Shown here one piece after another: positions 25,978 to 36,560 of a stretch of DNA of 64,000 nt. Within the stretch, counting starts at the first letter, position 1, and each line of letters opens with the position of its first letter. Below the pieces are notes generated by a model that searched no databases, had not been told where the DNA came from, and saw only the letters and a program-made list of their open reading frames with translations. This stretch comes from Gloeobacterales cyanobacterium (lineage in GTDB: Bacteria; Cyanobacteriota; Cyanobacteriia; Gloeobacterales; PMM-0068): positions 1-64,000 of the forward strand of contig JBBRSB010000010.1 of the NCBI GenBank assembly GCA_038245785.1, read 5' to 3'. Both the position numbers and the translations under genes were made by a program.

Positions 25978-26553
25978 TTACCTCTTCTTCAACAATCCAT
26001 CTAACCAGCCTTTCTTCTTTTGATCAGAAGAAGCAACGGCAGAAGAAGAAGTTGGGGTATTGAGATAACCTGCAGGAGCCTTGAAATCTAATAAAAGGAC
26101 CACTCGGGTGCTGCTACTGCGATTCCAGGCTTCGTGTTCAGCCGTATCATCAAAAACCAAACATTGACCTTCTGTCCAACTTCTTGTTTCATCGGCCACA
26201 CGAATACCACAATCGTCAGGGACAACCAATCCTAAATGGCAGCGCAAAAGGCCATCGGGATAGCCTGTATGGGCAGCAATATGGGTCCCAGCAGCAAGAG
26301 AGGAGAAACCAGCCGAAGTCAAATTGGGGATGGTTTCAACTAAGCGTGTGGTTTCTGGGCAAAGCGAACAGTTGTTTCCTATTTTTAGACTAAAGGCGTA
26401 AAGACCGAAAATGTCCCAACCTTTGCCATAGAGATACTTTTCTGGCCAAGCCATAAAGTCTCCTTGACGCAGTTGGCTTAACTCTTGCTTAATAGTCAGC
26501 CAGTTGGCTTCTAAGGCTTCGGCGAAGGGGAATTCAGCAGAATCATAGAACAT
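25978..26553 (-). CDS. Aspartyl/asparaginyl beta-hydroxylase domain protein (2OG-Fe dioxygenase)
   Basis: FSSLAAGTHIAAHTG, LRCHLGLVVP and FDDTAEHEAWN...RVVLLLD. Confidence 0.92.
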   Translation of the reverse strand: MFYDSAEFPFAEALEANWLTIKQELSQLRQGDFMAWPEKYLYGKGWDIFGLYAFSLKIGNNCSLCPETTRLVETIPNLTSAGFSSLAAGTHIAAHTGYPDGLLRCHLGLVVPDDCGIRVADETRSWTEGQCLVFDDTAEHEAWNRSSSTRVVLLLDFKAPAGYLNTPTSSSAVASSDQKKKGWLDGLLKKR

Positions 26554-26640
26554 AAGTAGCTCAGAGCGCTCTTTCTGGAGTTTGGCTCAAGAGGTGTACT
26601 TCATGCAAGTATTTTGTAGATAGGGAATGAAAGCAGAGCC

Positions 26641-26835
26641 CTACTTCCCCAGACCCCATTGGGCTAGCGTGCGTTTAACCAGCAGGGAAATGATGGTCCA
26701 AAACGTACGCAGGATGGCTATAGGACCTCCGAGGCGTTTCAACATTCCCCAGACAAAAACGACCCAATGCCATCCTTTAACGATTTCTCCACGAAGAGGG
26801 GGCTTTGCTACTTTTTTTTCTTCTACGCTACGCAT
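26641..26835 (-). CDS. Small hypothetical protein
   Basis: 64-aa ORF directly downstream of lysS with GAGG RBS. Confidence 0.5.
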   Translation of the reverse strand: MRSVEEKKVAKPPLRGEIVKGWHWVVFVWGMLKRLGGPIAILRTFWTIISLLVKRTLAQWGLGK

Positions 26836-26860
26836 AGTTAGTACCTCACTATCTACAGAG

Positions 26861-28384
26861 TTATTCAGGCGCTAAAGTCCGTAAGGTTGGAAAAGCGATA
26901 ACATCCCGAATGCTAGCAGCATCTGTGAGCAGCATAACAACTCGATCGATCCCGATACCTAGTCCTCCAGTAGGCGGTAAGCCATGCTCCAAAGCCGTAA
27001 TGAAATCTTCATCGATGACAGTAGCATCGTCATCCCCGGCGGCCTTGCGGCTTATTTGCTGTTCTAAACGAGCGCGTTGGTCTATGGGATCGTTTAGCTC
27101 ACTAAACGCATTGGCATGTTCGCGCCCATAGATAAACAGTTCAAACCGTTCTACCAAGCCCGGTTGACTGCGATGGGCTTTAGCTAGAGGAGAGATTTCT
27201 ACCGGATGATCCATGACGAAGGTTGGCTGAATCAGCTTGGCTTCACAACATTCCTCAAAGACCAGATTCATCACGCCGCCGACGGAGCTTACCTTGGCAA
27301 GGTCTGCTTCTTTCACCCCAAGATCCTGAGCCGCTTTTTTAGCTTCGGCCAAGTCTGAGAAGGCTAGGCAATCCACTCCCGTCTCTTCCCGAACAATATC
27401 GCGCATCGTCACCCGTCGGAACGGTTGTCCAAAATCAATTTCAGTCCCCTGATAGGTAAAGCTCGTTGAGCCCAAGACTTCCTGAGCACAAGCCCGCAGA
27501 ATATTTTCCGTTAGGTCCATCATGTCGAAATAGTCGGTATAAGCTTGATAGACTTCTACCGTAGTAAATTCTGGGTTATGACGCGTAGAAATTCCTTCAT
27601 TGCGGAAGATACGACCCAATTCATAGACTTTCTCAAAACCACCGACGACCAAACGCTTCAGGTGTAATTCTGTGGCAATACGCAGGTACAGATCCATCCC
27701 AAGGGCATTGTGGTGGGTAATAAACGGTTTGGCGTCTGCCCCGCCTGCTTCCGTCTGGAGGACAGGCGTATCGATTTCGAGAAATCCTCGGTCATCCAGA
27801 TAGTTGCGCATAGCCCGGATGATTTTAGCCCGACGTTCAAAGGTTTGACGCACTTGGGGATTGACAATCAGGTCCACATAGCGCTGACGGTAGCGCTTTT
27901 CCACATCCGTAAGGCCATGCCACTTATCAGGCAGGGGCAATAGCGCTTTATTCAGAATTTCAAAGCGTTGGACATAGACCGAAAGTTCCCCTTTCTCAGT
28001 CCGTTTGACGGTCCCGGTTGCCCCCAAGATATCTCCAATATCCGTGAGATTCTTCAGATGGTCAAAGGCTTCGGGGGACATCGCCTCGGTGATCCGCGGC
28101 TTTTCGCAGTAGAGCTGAATCCGACCTGTGGCATCCTGAATATCCAGAAAAGCTAGTTTGCCAAAGACCCTGCGGGCCATGACCCGACCGGCTACTGTAC
28201 ACGTAAAATCAGGGGACTCTTCGCCTGCGGGAAGGTCCTTAAATTTTTCCTGAAGCATTTGGGCTTCAGCCGTACGCTCAAAGCGATAGGGATAGGGGTC
28301 AATGCCTGCTTGTTGGAGTTTTTCCCGTTTCTCTATGCGCGCCAATCGGACCGAACGGGCTTCATCATCATGGGGAGTCTGCAT
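26861..28384 (-). CDS. lysS: Lysine--tRNA ligase (class II)
   Basis: [35 protein letters not shown] and GLGIGIDR. Confidence 0.99.
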   Translation of the reverse strand: MQTPHDDEARSVRLARIEKREKLQQAGIDPYPYRFERTAEAQMLQEKFKDLPAGEESPDFTCTVAGRVMARRVFGKLAFLDIQDATGRIQLYCEKPRITEAMSPEAFDHLKNLTDIGDILGATGTVKRTEKGELSVYVQRFEILNKALLPLPDKWHGLTDVEKRYRQRYVDLIVNPQVRQTFERRAKIIRAMRNYLDDRGFLEIDTPVLQTEAGGADAKPFITHHNALGMDLYLRIATELHLKRLVVGGFEKVYELGRIFRNEGISTRHNPEFTTVEVYQAYTDYFDMMDLTENILRACAQEVLGSTSFTYQGTEIDFGQPFRRVTMRDIVREETGVDCLAFSDLAEAKKAAQDLGVKEADLAKVSSVGGVMNLVFEECCEAKLIQPTFVMDHPVEISPLAKAHRSQPGLVERFELFIYGREHANAFSELNDPIDQRARLEQQISRKAAGDDDATVIDEDFITALEHGLPPTGGLGIGIDRVVMLLTDAASIRDVIAFPTLRTLAPE

Positions 28385-28397
28385 GGGAAGGTATCAA

Positions 28398-28652
28398 CTA
28401 GGTAGGAGTTTCAGCGGGTTGAACGGGGGGTACGGCTCGAGCAGCAGGGGAAGTAGCAGCCGCAGGAAGACTGGCCGCTTTTTTATTAGCTGCCTCTGCC
28501 TGCATTTTTAGACTGCGCTCGTTCGCTAAGCGGTTCCGTTCACGGGCAGCCTGAACAGCTGCTTGGTTTTTAGGATTGTCCGCAGGCGTACTATAGTCTG
28601 GGCGACGACCGCTGAAGAGAACAAAAATACTTTGGAGAATTTTAAGGGCCAT
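28398..28652 (-). CDS. Hypothetical protein
   Basis: 84-aa Ala/Pro-rich ORF co-oriented with lysS, 13 bp upstream of it. Confidence 0.6.
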   Translation of the reverse strand: MALKILQSIFVLFSGRRPDYSTPADNPKNQAAVQAARERNRLANERSLKMQAEAANKKAASLPAAATSPAARAVPPVQPAETPT

Positions 28653-28737
28653 AGAGCAATCTAAATAATGGGTCTGGGGTTTTCATGCGGGGTTTTCATG
28701 CATTGTAGAAAAGATTTCACGGGTTTACGTATCTCCT

Positions 28738-29187
28738 CTAATTCCAACGGGCTTCTCCCTGGCTATCTGGTTCATTCGTAGGCCAGTTTTCTACAGCCAC
28801 ACTGCTTAAAATCACCTTCTCCACCGGGACATATTCCACACTCAAAGTAGCCAGCGCATTGAGCACAACATCTAAGGCCACCGCGTCCGTAGTCCCGAGA
28901 TCGAACCAACAGCGAGCCCAGTTTCCTTCATATTCGAAGGAACCCATGTTGTGCATCAAAGAAGGCAGCTGATCCTGCGCATTCTTGTATTCTAAATAGC
29001 TGATATCTTCTACGTTCGAATCCTGAATTTGAAAAGCCGTGGCATTGTATCCCCCTAGGAGGCCTAGGGTATACCAAGCATCGAACACTTGTTCTAGATA
29101 CTGCTTCTGAGCTTCACCTGGAACTTCTTCAAGCTCCAAATAAATATAGAAGTCAGACCAATTACACTCTTGAAACTGAACGTCCAA
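28738..29187 (-). CDS. DUF3531 family protein
   Basis: LMHNMGSFEYEGNWARCWFDLGTTDAVALDVVLNAL, a conserved cyanobacterial/plant motif. Confidence 0.85.
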   Translation of the reverse strand: MDVQFQECNWSDFYIYLELEEVPGEAQKQYLEQVFDAWYTLGLLGGYNATAFQIQDSNVEDISYLEYKNAQDQLPSLMHNMGSFEYEGNWARCWFDLGTTDAVALDVVLNALATLSVEYVPVEKVILSSVAVENWPTNEPDSQGEARWN

Positions 29188-29189
29188 GG

Positions 29190-31409
29190 CTATTCTCCTG
29201 CTATGACTAAAGCGCTAAAGTCTGCTAAGACCCGATAGTTATTCCGTAATACACCTAAAAGACTAAGGCGATTACGCTTCAAGGTTTCCTCTGGAGCCAT
29301 AACCAAAACAGCCTCAAAGAACTCTGTTACGACAGGGACGGCAAATCCTAAGGCATTTACTAAGTCCCAATAGGTTCCCTGAGTTTTAGCTTGCTTCGCT
29401 GCATCTTGGATCTCTTGGGCTTTTTCATACAGATGTTTTTCTGCGAGCGATTCAAATAATGTATCGTCTACCACCTCTTCAACAATCACTTGGTCTGTTG
29501 GCAAATCTCCCTGTAGGGCAAGACGAGCTACCCGGTTGACAGTCTCATAGATATGACCCAGGGCTCCATCTTGACGCAGTTCTTGCAAGAAAAGAGCACG
29601 CTCGTACAAATCTTGTACATCCTCCAAAGCCATGATTCCATAGGCTCGGTCATTCTTACCAAGCACCGCATCCAAGAGGTCATAATCTACGCCCTTAACC
29701 TCCAAGAGGTTAACGCCTCGAAGGATTGGTTCGGGTAAGTCTTTGAGGAGGGCATGGGCACGGGCTAAACAGAAATCTAGTAATTGATCCAAAAGTTTCT
29801 CGGCAGGAACTTTGAGCAGGTTCTGTTCTTGGAAAAGCTGAATCGCTTGTTCTAAAAGCGCGACCAAATTTAGTTTGAACGGAAATTCATTATCCCAAGC
29901 AATTTGCAGCAGACCCTGACAGGCCCGACGCAAGGCAAAGGGGTCTGAAGAACCAGTTGGAACCAGCCCCAAACCAAAGATTCCGACCAAGAGTTCTAAA
30001 CGGTCTGCTATGCCAACAATTTTTCCTGTTATGGATACTCCAGGCTTGTCTTCAGCATTCAAGGGCTTGTAGTGGTCCCGAATTCCCTCAGCCACCAGCA
30101 GATCTTCGCCATCAGCTTTGGCATAGTAGAAACCAATTTCGCCCTGCAGTTCTGGAAACTCATAAACCATTTGACTGACTAGGTCAGCCTTCCCCAGTTG
30201 GGCAGTACGCACGCACAGCGCTTCGGATACAGATAGCTCAGAGGCGGTCCCTTGGGCTAAGACCAAGCGGGTAAGTTGCTCAAGGCGACGGACGCGGTCG
30301 CCCAGAGAGCCAAGGGCTTCCTGATAAGTAACGGCATCCAGCTTGGGCACAAGGGCTTCCAACGGCTGTTTGCGGTCCTCTTTATAGAAGAAGCGACCAT
30401 CCGAAAGACGAGCCCTAAGCACTCTTTGATTTCCTTGAGCAATCAGGTCTGCATAACGAGCATCCCCATTGGAAATAGTGATGAAGTTTGGAAGGAGCAT
30501 CTCCTGATTATTCTGACCAAACCAAGTCGGATTTAACACAGGAAAATAACGCTGGTGACTACTCATCTCCTGAACAATCACTGGAGCAGGTAGTTCTAAA
30601 AATTCCGTATCAAACGTACCGACTACAGCGCTTGGCCATTCTACAAGATAAGTAACTTCTTCTAAAAGCCTGTCATCTACTAGGGGTTTGCTCCCTAGCT
30701 TTTGTGCTTCCTTCTGCACCAACGCAAGAATCGTTTCCTTTCTTTCTTTAGGATCAACTTGCACACAAGCCTGTTCCATCAGCGCCTTGTAATTCTGCGC
30801 AGAGGGGATTTCCAGCGTCTGTGGACCTAAAACCCGATGACCAGAGGAAACCCGTCCACTCTTTAAGCTTTCGAGCGCAATCGGTATAATTTGGTCATTT
30901 AAGAGCACCACTAGCCAACGGATCGGACGCGAAAACTTAAGGTCTCCGTCAGCCCAACGCATCAGACGCTTGCCTTCCAGCTTGGTAATCCACTCAGGCG
31001 CTAACTCTTGCAAAACTTCTGAGGCAGGTCTACCAGGGGTCTTGACCAAGGCATGGACAAACGGCCCCTTAGGAGTTTCTTTGACGTATAAATCTTCGGG
31101 AGCGATACCTCGGGTCCGGGCAAACCCTGCCGCCGCTTGGGTTGGCTTTCCAGAACCATCAAACGCTTTGTCTGCCGGCGGACCTTTGACTTCTTCTTCT
31201 CGGTCCGGCTGTCTCTCGGCCAAACCATGAATGAGCAGCGCCAAACGTCTGGGGGTTCCCAGAAACTCAAGGGACGTGTAAGACAAAAAATTCTCAGCCA
31301 AAGTTTTTGGGACCAGCGCACGCCACTGGTCTAGAGCCTGGGGGACAAATTGGGCAGGGAGTTCTTCAGTGCCCAATTCTAAGAGGAAAGAGTTGTTATC
31401 AGCGGACAT
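29190..31409 (-). CDS. glyS: Glycine--tRNA ligase beta subunit
   Basis: [32 protein letters not shown] and [10 protein letters not shown]; start moved to ATG 31409. Confidence 0.97.
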   Translation of the reverse strand: MSADNNSFLLELGTEELPAQFVPQALDQWRALVPKTLAENFLSYTSLEFLGTPRRLALLIHGLAERQPDREEEVKGPPADKAFDGSGKPTQAAAGFARTRGIAPEDLYVKETPKGPFVHALVKTPGRPASEVLQELAPEWITKLEGKRLMRWADGDLKFSRPIRWLVVLLNDQIIPIALESLKSGRVSSGHRVLGPQTLEIPSAQNYKALMEQACVQVDPKERKETILALVQKEAQKLGSKPLVDDRLLEEVTYLVEWPSAVVGTFDTEFLELPAPVIVQEMSSHQRYFPVLNPTWFGQNNQEMLLPNFITISNGDARYADLIAQGNQRVLRARLSDGRFFYKEDRKQPLEALVPKLDAVTYQEALGSLGDRVRRLEQLTRLVLAQGTASELSVSEALCVRTAQLGKADLVSQMVYEFPELQGEIGFYYAKADGEDLLVAEGIRDHYKPLNAEDKPGVSITGKIVGIADRLELLVGIFGLGLVPTGSSDPFALRRACQGLLQIAWDNEFPFKLNLVALLEQAIQLFQEQNLLKVPAEKLLDQLLDFCLARAHALLKDLPEPILRGVNLLEVKGVDYDLLDAVLGKNDRAYGIMALEDVQDLYERALFLQELRQDGALGHIYETVNRVARLALQGDLPTDQVIVEEVVDDTLFESLAEKHLYEKAQEIQDAAKQAKTQGTYWDLVNALGFAVPVVTEFFEAVLVMAPEETLKRNRLSLLGVLRNNYRVLADFSALVIAGE

Positions 31410-31515
31410 AAATCTCAGTATGACACGGCTTATACTCCTCTTTGGGAGCCCATTAAGTTTGTCTAGCAGACAAGTACAATACACTGAAATAAGAAGTCAC
31501 CCCTGTGGAAAATCT

Positions 31516-31755
31516 ATGAGTACCCTGACCCTCACGCCAGAGAACGTCGAAACCGTCCTTGATGAACTCCGTCCCTATCTAATTGCAGATGGAGGAAACG
31601 TTGAATTGGTAGAAATCGAGGGCCCGATTGTTAAACTTCGCCTCCAAGGCGCCTGCGGTTCTTGCCCCAGCTCCACCTACACCTTAAAGCTAGGCATTGA
31701 GCGCAAACTCCGCGAAGTGATTCCCGAAGTCGCAGAAATCGAACAGGTGTTCTAA
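31516..31755 (+). CDS. NifU-C/Nfu Fe-S scaffold protein
   Basis: [15 protein letters not shown]...[11 protein letters not shown]; start at ATG 31516. Confidence 0.95.
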   Translation: MSTLTLTPENVETVLDELRPYLIADGGNVELVEIEGPIVKLRLQGACGSCPSSTYTLKLGIERKLREVIPEVAEIEQVF

Positions 31756-31850
31756 GCCCCCTCAAAATGGGGAATTCTAACAGAGGCGCGCATGCGCCTT
31801 TTGCTTTGAATAATTCTGTTTCTTGATTCTGCCTAAGGGGAAAACGTCCA

Positions 31851-32567
31851 ATGAAAAAATCGCTAGCGTTTGGGTTTGTACTGCTACTCATGGCTCCAGC
31901 GTGGGCTCAACCCCTACCTCCAATCACAAAACCCCTTCCTCCTGCTTTTGGAAAACCACTTCCTTCCTCTTCCCAAGCCCTCCCCTCTTGGCTGGAGAGA
32001 CAGGTGCGCTCCGGTTATCTGAGCCGACAAGAAGCTTCAGACCTTTATGAAGCAAGTAAAAAAGTTCCTCCTGCTGCTGCTCAGCCAGCGAAGCCAGTAG
32101 CCGCTCAACCAGCGAAGCCTAGCGAGCAAGCTCCTACGACGACCCCAACTTCTGCGGATGCCACACCCAAAAAAGCTGAAGAGAAAACCAAAGACAAGAC
32201 CTACAGTGGTACCCTTAACGCGGAAGGATTTTCTAAACTTAGTGGCAACGTTTACGTACTAGAGGCGAAGAAAGAAAACGAGGAAGAGTTGCAAAAGCTG
32301 AAAGGCATCGTGAGGCTGCAGAATAACGTAAAGTCCGTCCAAAACCTTATGGCCTTTACCATTAAAAATGCACTGGCTCAGGAGCCTTTCAGTGATAGTA
32401 AATTCAGTCTTAAAACCAATGTCTCTAAAGCTATCTTGGTCATTGCCGTAAGTGGTTCAACAGAGACAGAAGCACTTTGGGTTGAAAATGATGTCACGTC
32501 AGACAAGGCTATAACGGTAGATAAAGGCAAAGTGCTCTACTGGGCCGTACGTCCTACAGGTCAATAA
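31851..32567 (+). CDS. Hypothetical secreted protein with Pro/Ala-rich N-terminal region
   Basis: Signal peptide ending AWA; TAATG stop/start overlap with the next gene. Confidence 0.75.
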   Translation: MKKSLAFGFVLLLMAPAWAQPLPPITKPLPPAFGKPLPSSSQALPSWLERQVRSGYLSRQEASDLYEASKKVPPAAAQPAKPVAAQPAKPSEQAPTTTPTSADATPKKAEEKTKDKTYSGTLNAEGFSKLSGNVYVLEAKKENEEELQKLKGIVRLQNNVKSVQNLMAFTIKNALAQEPFSDSKFSLKTNVSKAILVIAVSGSTETEALWVENDVTSDKAITVDKGKVLYWAVRPTGQ

Positions 32568-33409
32568 TGCAAACACAAAAAAACCTCCACGAACAGATTG
32601 CACAGTTTTATGACCAGTCTTCTGGCCTCTGGGAAGCCGTGTGGGGGGAGCATATGCATCATGGGTATTGGCAGGGTCCCCAGGACTCTAAATCCTCGAA
32701 ACAAGCTCAAATAGACCTGATTGAACAGCTAATCGGTTTAGCCCCAACTTTAAGCCCTGGCAGCCGCGTTTTGGATATGGGCTGTGGTATTGGAGGAAGC
32801 AGCACTTATCTCGCCCAGCGCTACGGATTTGATGTGACAGGCATTACCCTTAGTCCTGTCCAGGCCAAACGAGCAGGGGAACGAGCTAAAAATTTAGGAC
32901 TAGAACAACAGGTAAACTTCCAGGTTGCCAATGCTTTAGAAACTCCTTTTGACGACAATTCCTTTGACCTGATTTGGTCTTTGGAAAGTGGCGAACATAT
33001 GGCCGATAAAAAGCAATTTCTAGCGGAATGTTACCGGATTCTTAAACCAGAGGGGATATTACTCTTTGCCACGTGGTGCTGCAAAGATGGAGTACTTTCA
33101 GCGCGAGAAGAAAAAATTCTCTCAGAAATTTATCGGATGTATCACTTGCCCTACGTGCTCTCGATCGAAGCCTATGACCAACTCATGGAAAGCACAGGTT
33201 TTGAACAAGTCAAAAACTTCGATTGGTCACGAGAAGTTGAAAAATTTTGGGATTTGGTGATCGATTCTTCTTTGAATCCTGCTGTCATTGGACGCATTTT
33301 TGAAAGTGGCTGGATCGTAGTCCAAGGAGCCTTAGCGATGCGTCTGATGCGTCAAGGCTACCGCAGAGGTATTGTGCACTATGGAGTACTCACAGGAGTT
33401 AAAGCTTAG
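32567..33409 (+). CDS. vte4: Gamma-tocopherol methyltransferase-like SAM methyltransferase
   Basis: FYDQSSGLWEAVWGEHMHHGY, LDMGCGIGGS and WSLESGEHMADK; adjacent to hpt and hppD. Confidence 0.88.
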   Translation: MQTQKNLHEQIAQFYDQSSGLWEAVWGEHMHHGYWQGPQDSKSSKQAQIDLIEQLIGLAPTLSPGSRVLDMGCGIGGSSTYLAQRYGFDVTGITLSPVQAKRAGERAKNLGLEQQVNFQVANALETPFDDNSFDLIWSLESGEHMADKKQFLAECYRILKPEGILLFATWCCKDGVLSAREEKILSEIYRMYHLPYVLSIEAYDQLMESTGFEQVKNFDWSREVEKFWDLVIDSSLNPAVIGRIFESGWIVVQGALAMRLMRQGYRRGIVHYGVLTGVKA

Positions 33410-34305
33410 CCCAGCAGAAAAGCAAGTGGAAAAACTAAGTACTCTGCATAAAAGAGTTTCCAAATAAACTGGTAGAAATCGTAAATAGATTCTGTATTTC
33501 CCAAATCCACTTGGCGAGAGCGAAACCAGAGCCAGCCCAAGAGGCCCAAGTGAGGGATTATCAGTAGTCCAGGATTGCCTAAGTTAGGAAAAAACAGCGC
33601 CAGGCTGCTCACCCCTAAATAGTTTAAAGAGAGAATCCACAAAGAAAGCTGAAATACAGACTTTTTGCCGAGGTAAAGAGATAATGTTTTGATTCTGTAT
33701 GCTCGGTCTCCTTCCATATCTGGAATGTCTTTGAAGATAGCAATTACTATCGTAAATATGGTGATAAATATAGCCATAGCTAAAATATCTGGGGTGAATC
33801 CGATAGACTTACCAAGCAAGCTCCTGAAATAAAGAAACAAACCTAAATTGACAATCAATCCACGCACCGTAAAAATGCACAAGGAAGCAAATAGGGGAAA
33901 TCGCTTAAGACGAATTGGAGGAGTTGAATAGGCCGTACCAATGATTAGGCTTAGGAATACGGTCAGACCCAGAAAAATATTCATACTCCAAGCAATTACT
34001 AAAGCACAAATGCCTAAGATGGCTACAATACTGTTTGCTTGAAAAGAAGATAATTCACCAGAAGCCAAAGGCAAGTAAGGTTTGTTTATCTTATCAATTT
34101 CGACATCATAAATTTGGTTTAAACCAACAATATAAACATTTCCACAAAGACAAGCTAACTGGGCAATTAGTAATCCCGTAAGATTACTAAAGTTAATTGC
34201 TGCCACACTGCCAAGTGCAATGAAGTAGACTCCCACGAGACTCAGTACCGTACCAATGATGGTGTGCGGACGAGAGAACTGCCATAGAGAACTCAGACTA
34301 GGCAT
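33406..34305 (-). CDS. hpt: Homogentisate phytyltransferase
   Basis: FSRPHTIIGT, GLNQIYDVEIDKINKPYLPLASG, KDIPDMEGD and FYQFIWKLFYAEY. Confidence 0.95.
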   Translation of the reverse strand: MPSLSSLWQFSRPHTIIGTVLSLVGVYFIALGSVAAINFSNLTGLLIAQLACLCGNVYIVGLNQIYDVEIDKINKPYLPLASGELSSFQANSIVAILGICALVIAWSMNIFLGLTVFLSLIIGTAYSTPPIRLKRFPLFASLCIFTVRGLIVNLGLFLYFRSLLGKSIGFTPDILAMAIFITIFTIVIAIFKDIPDMEGDRAYRIKTLSLYLGKKSVFQLSLWILSLNYLGVSSLALFFPNLGNPGLLIIPHLGLLGWLWFRSRQVDLGNTESIYDFYQFIWKLFYAEYLVFPLAFLLG

Positions 34306-34470
34306 GAATTTCAGGACCAACCTTTATCTAAATGTATCGTACTCCTATCTGGACTTTCGGGATTTCCCGGCAGTTCCAGTCCAAAAGGATAATGTTAAGA
34401 TGTACATCCTATGGGTGATGCGAAAACTTCTACCATCCCGCAGACTAATTAAACTTCCTTGAGTACCGCT

Positions 34471-35484
34471 ATGGGTCCGTCCATTATAGGAATCGCCTAC
34501 ATTCACTTTTACATAGACGACATAGAGAACTGGTTTAAAAAGTCATTTCAGCCTTTAGGATTTAAACTCGTTTCGCAGGAACCAAATCATTACAAATTGC
34601 GTCAGGAGCAAATTGAATTCTGGTTATCTCAACCCCAAACGAGTGAGGATTCAATCGCGACTTATTTAAAGCATCATGCCTTAGGAATCGCGGAGATTGG
34701 ATTTCATGTCCAGTCTATCCACTCATGGATGGATGAGCTCGTTCAGAGAGGTGCGGTCCTCCTTAATCCCATTGAGCCTCGCAAGTATCGAGACCAGACC
34801 TACCTTTATGCTTCTATCCAGGCCCAAGGAGACGTAACTTTTAGTTTCGTTGAAGGCCTAAGTCTTGCTCCCAAGCATGATCCCAGCCAAAACTTTTTAC
34901 ATGAAATCGACCATATTGTTTTTAATGTTCCTATGGGGCAACTGCAAGCGACTACCGAATGGTATGAGCAAGTCCTGCAGTTTAAGAAAGGTGCTTATTT
35001 CGAAATCAGTACAGCGCTTACTGCCTTGAGAAGTCAGGTCATGATTGGACCCAACGATATAAAAATTCCGATTAATGAACCTATCGGAAGTGCATCCCAG
35101 ATTCAAGAATTCTTAGACTACAACCGAGGCCCAGGGGTCCAACATATTTCCCTAGGAACCGAAAACATCGTGGGTGCTGTAGAGCATTTCCGAAGTGAAG
35201 GCATCCAGTTTCTGAAGATACCGGACAGTTATTACGATGCTCTTAACCACGTATCTGTGCAAGAGCGAAATCTTCTGAAGAGACATCAGGTTCTGGTAGA
35301 CGGAAGTAGAGACCAGTATCTGCTCCAAATCTTTACAGAGCCGATTTTTGAAGAGCCTACCGTCTTTTTAGAACTCATTCAACGAGAAGGGTTTGCAGAA
35401 GGTTTTGGACAAGGTAATTTCCAGGCCCTTTTCGAAGCGATGGAGAAAGAACAAATAAAGCGTGGAACCCTACCTTGCAACTAG
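34471..35484 (+). CDS. hppD: 4-hydroxyphenylpyruvate dioxygenase
   Basis: IDHIVFNV, SQIQEFLDYNRGPGVQHI, LLQIFT and GFGQGNFQALFEA. Confidence 0.95.
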   Translation: MGPSIIGIAYIHFYIDDIENWFKKSFQPLGFKLVSQEPNHYKLRQEQIEFWLSQPQTSEDSIATYLKHHALGIAEIGFHVQSIHSWMDELVQRGAVLLNPIEPRKYRDQTYLYASIQAQGDVTFSFVEGLSLAPKHDPSQNFLHEIDHIVFNVPMGQLQATTEWYEQVLQFKKGAYFEISTALTALRSQVMIGPNDIKIPINEPIGSASQIQEFLDYNRGPGVQHISLGTENIVGAVEHFRSEGIQFLKIPDSYYDALNHVSVQERNLLKRHQVLVDGSRDQYLLQIFTEPIFEEPTVFLELIQREGFAEGFGQGNFQALFEAMEKEQIKRGTLPCN

Positions 35485-36546
35485 CCCTTTCAGCAGAAGG
35501 GTCAGCCCACTAAGTCCCAGAGCAACCAAGTAAAACCCAAATACCACTTGCGTTTCGGCCCATCCTCCCAGTTCAAAGTGATGGTGCAAAGGAGCCATAC
35601 GAAATAGACGCTTGCCCTTGCCTTCAGCGTCTTTGGTAAGTTTGTAGTAGTAGCGTTGAATAATCACCGACAGCGCTTCTGCAACGAAGATCCCTCCAGC
35701 AATCGCCAAGGAAATCAAAGCACCGCTCAAGAGGGCCACTGCGCCTAAGAGGCCGCCCAACGCTAAGGAACCCGTATCTCCCATGAAAACTTTGGCTTTA
35801 TTGTGGTTATGAACTAAAAAACCCAATGCGCCCCCAGCCATGGCACAGCAGAGAGCAGCCAGTGGTCCAGAAAGCACCAGCCCTAAAGTTCCACAGGCAA
35901 TCGCGCCCGTGCCTGCAGCCAAGCCATCCACGCCATCGGTGAAATTTACAGCATTGCTGGTTCCCGTCAGGACAAACAGGGCCAAGAGCCAGTAGCCAAG
36001 CCCTAAATCTAGCCAGGGACTACCATTCGGTCCCAGTAATACGGTTGATTTGCCACTCCAGGCTAGATAGGTGCAGAAGAGTAGGGCAAATAAAACTAAC
36101 AAGCCCATTTTTAGTCTTTCTGAAATGCCCCGTTTGCCTCCGGGCTTGGCCGTTACCACTTTCCAGTCATCAAAGAGTCCAACCAAGCCGTAGCTAATCG
36201 CCAAAGCCGCCGCCGCCGCTAAATCCAGATTCCAGGGCGTAATCACCAGCGCGAAAATCACCGCTGGAAAAAACATAAACACCCCACCCATCGTCGGAGT
36301 ACCGACCTTTGCTTGGTGAGATTGAGGACCATCTTCCCGAATAACCTGACGGGCCTTCAGGCGGGCTAGTTGAGGAATAGCTAAAAATCCAATCAAGGCT
36401 GACAGCGAAAAGCCACCCAGCAGATAGAACAGCTTACTGGGAGCGCCCCAGGCAATAGCTCCTAAGATGAGCACTCCAATGAGAATGGCGGAGAACCATC
36501 CTGGAGGATTGAACCCACTCAACTTATCCGGGCTGGAAGTAGCCAC
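35470..36546 (-). CDS. mraY: Phospho-N-acetylmuramoyl-pentapeptide transferase
   Basis: KVGTPTMGG, SNAVNFTDGVDGL, VFMGDTGSL and MAPLHHHFE; GTG start at 36546 after GGAGG. Confidence 0.96.
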   Translation of the reverse strand: MATSSPDKLSGFNPPGWFSAILIGVLILGAIAWGAPSKLFYLLGGFSLSALIGFLAIPQLARLKARQVIREDGPQSHQAKVGTPTMGGVFMFFPAVIFALVITPWNLDLAAAAALAISYGLVGLFDDWKVVTAKPGGKRGISERLKMGLLVLFALLFCTYLAWSGKSTVLLGPNGSPWLDLGLGYWLLALFVLTGTSNAVNFTDGVDGLAAGTGAIACGTLGLVLSGPLAALCCAMAGGALGFLVHNHNKAKVFMGDTGSLALGGLLGAVALLSGALISLAIAGGIFVAEALSVIIQRYYYKLTKDAEGKGKRLFRMAPLHHHFELGGWAETQVVFGFYLVALGLSGLTLLLKGLVAR

Positions 36547-36560
36547 CCAAACCTCCGGGA

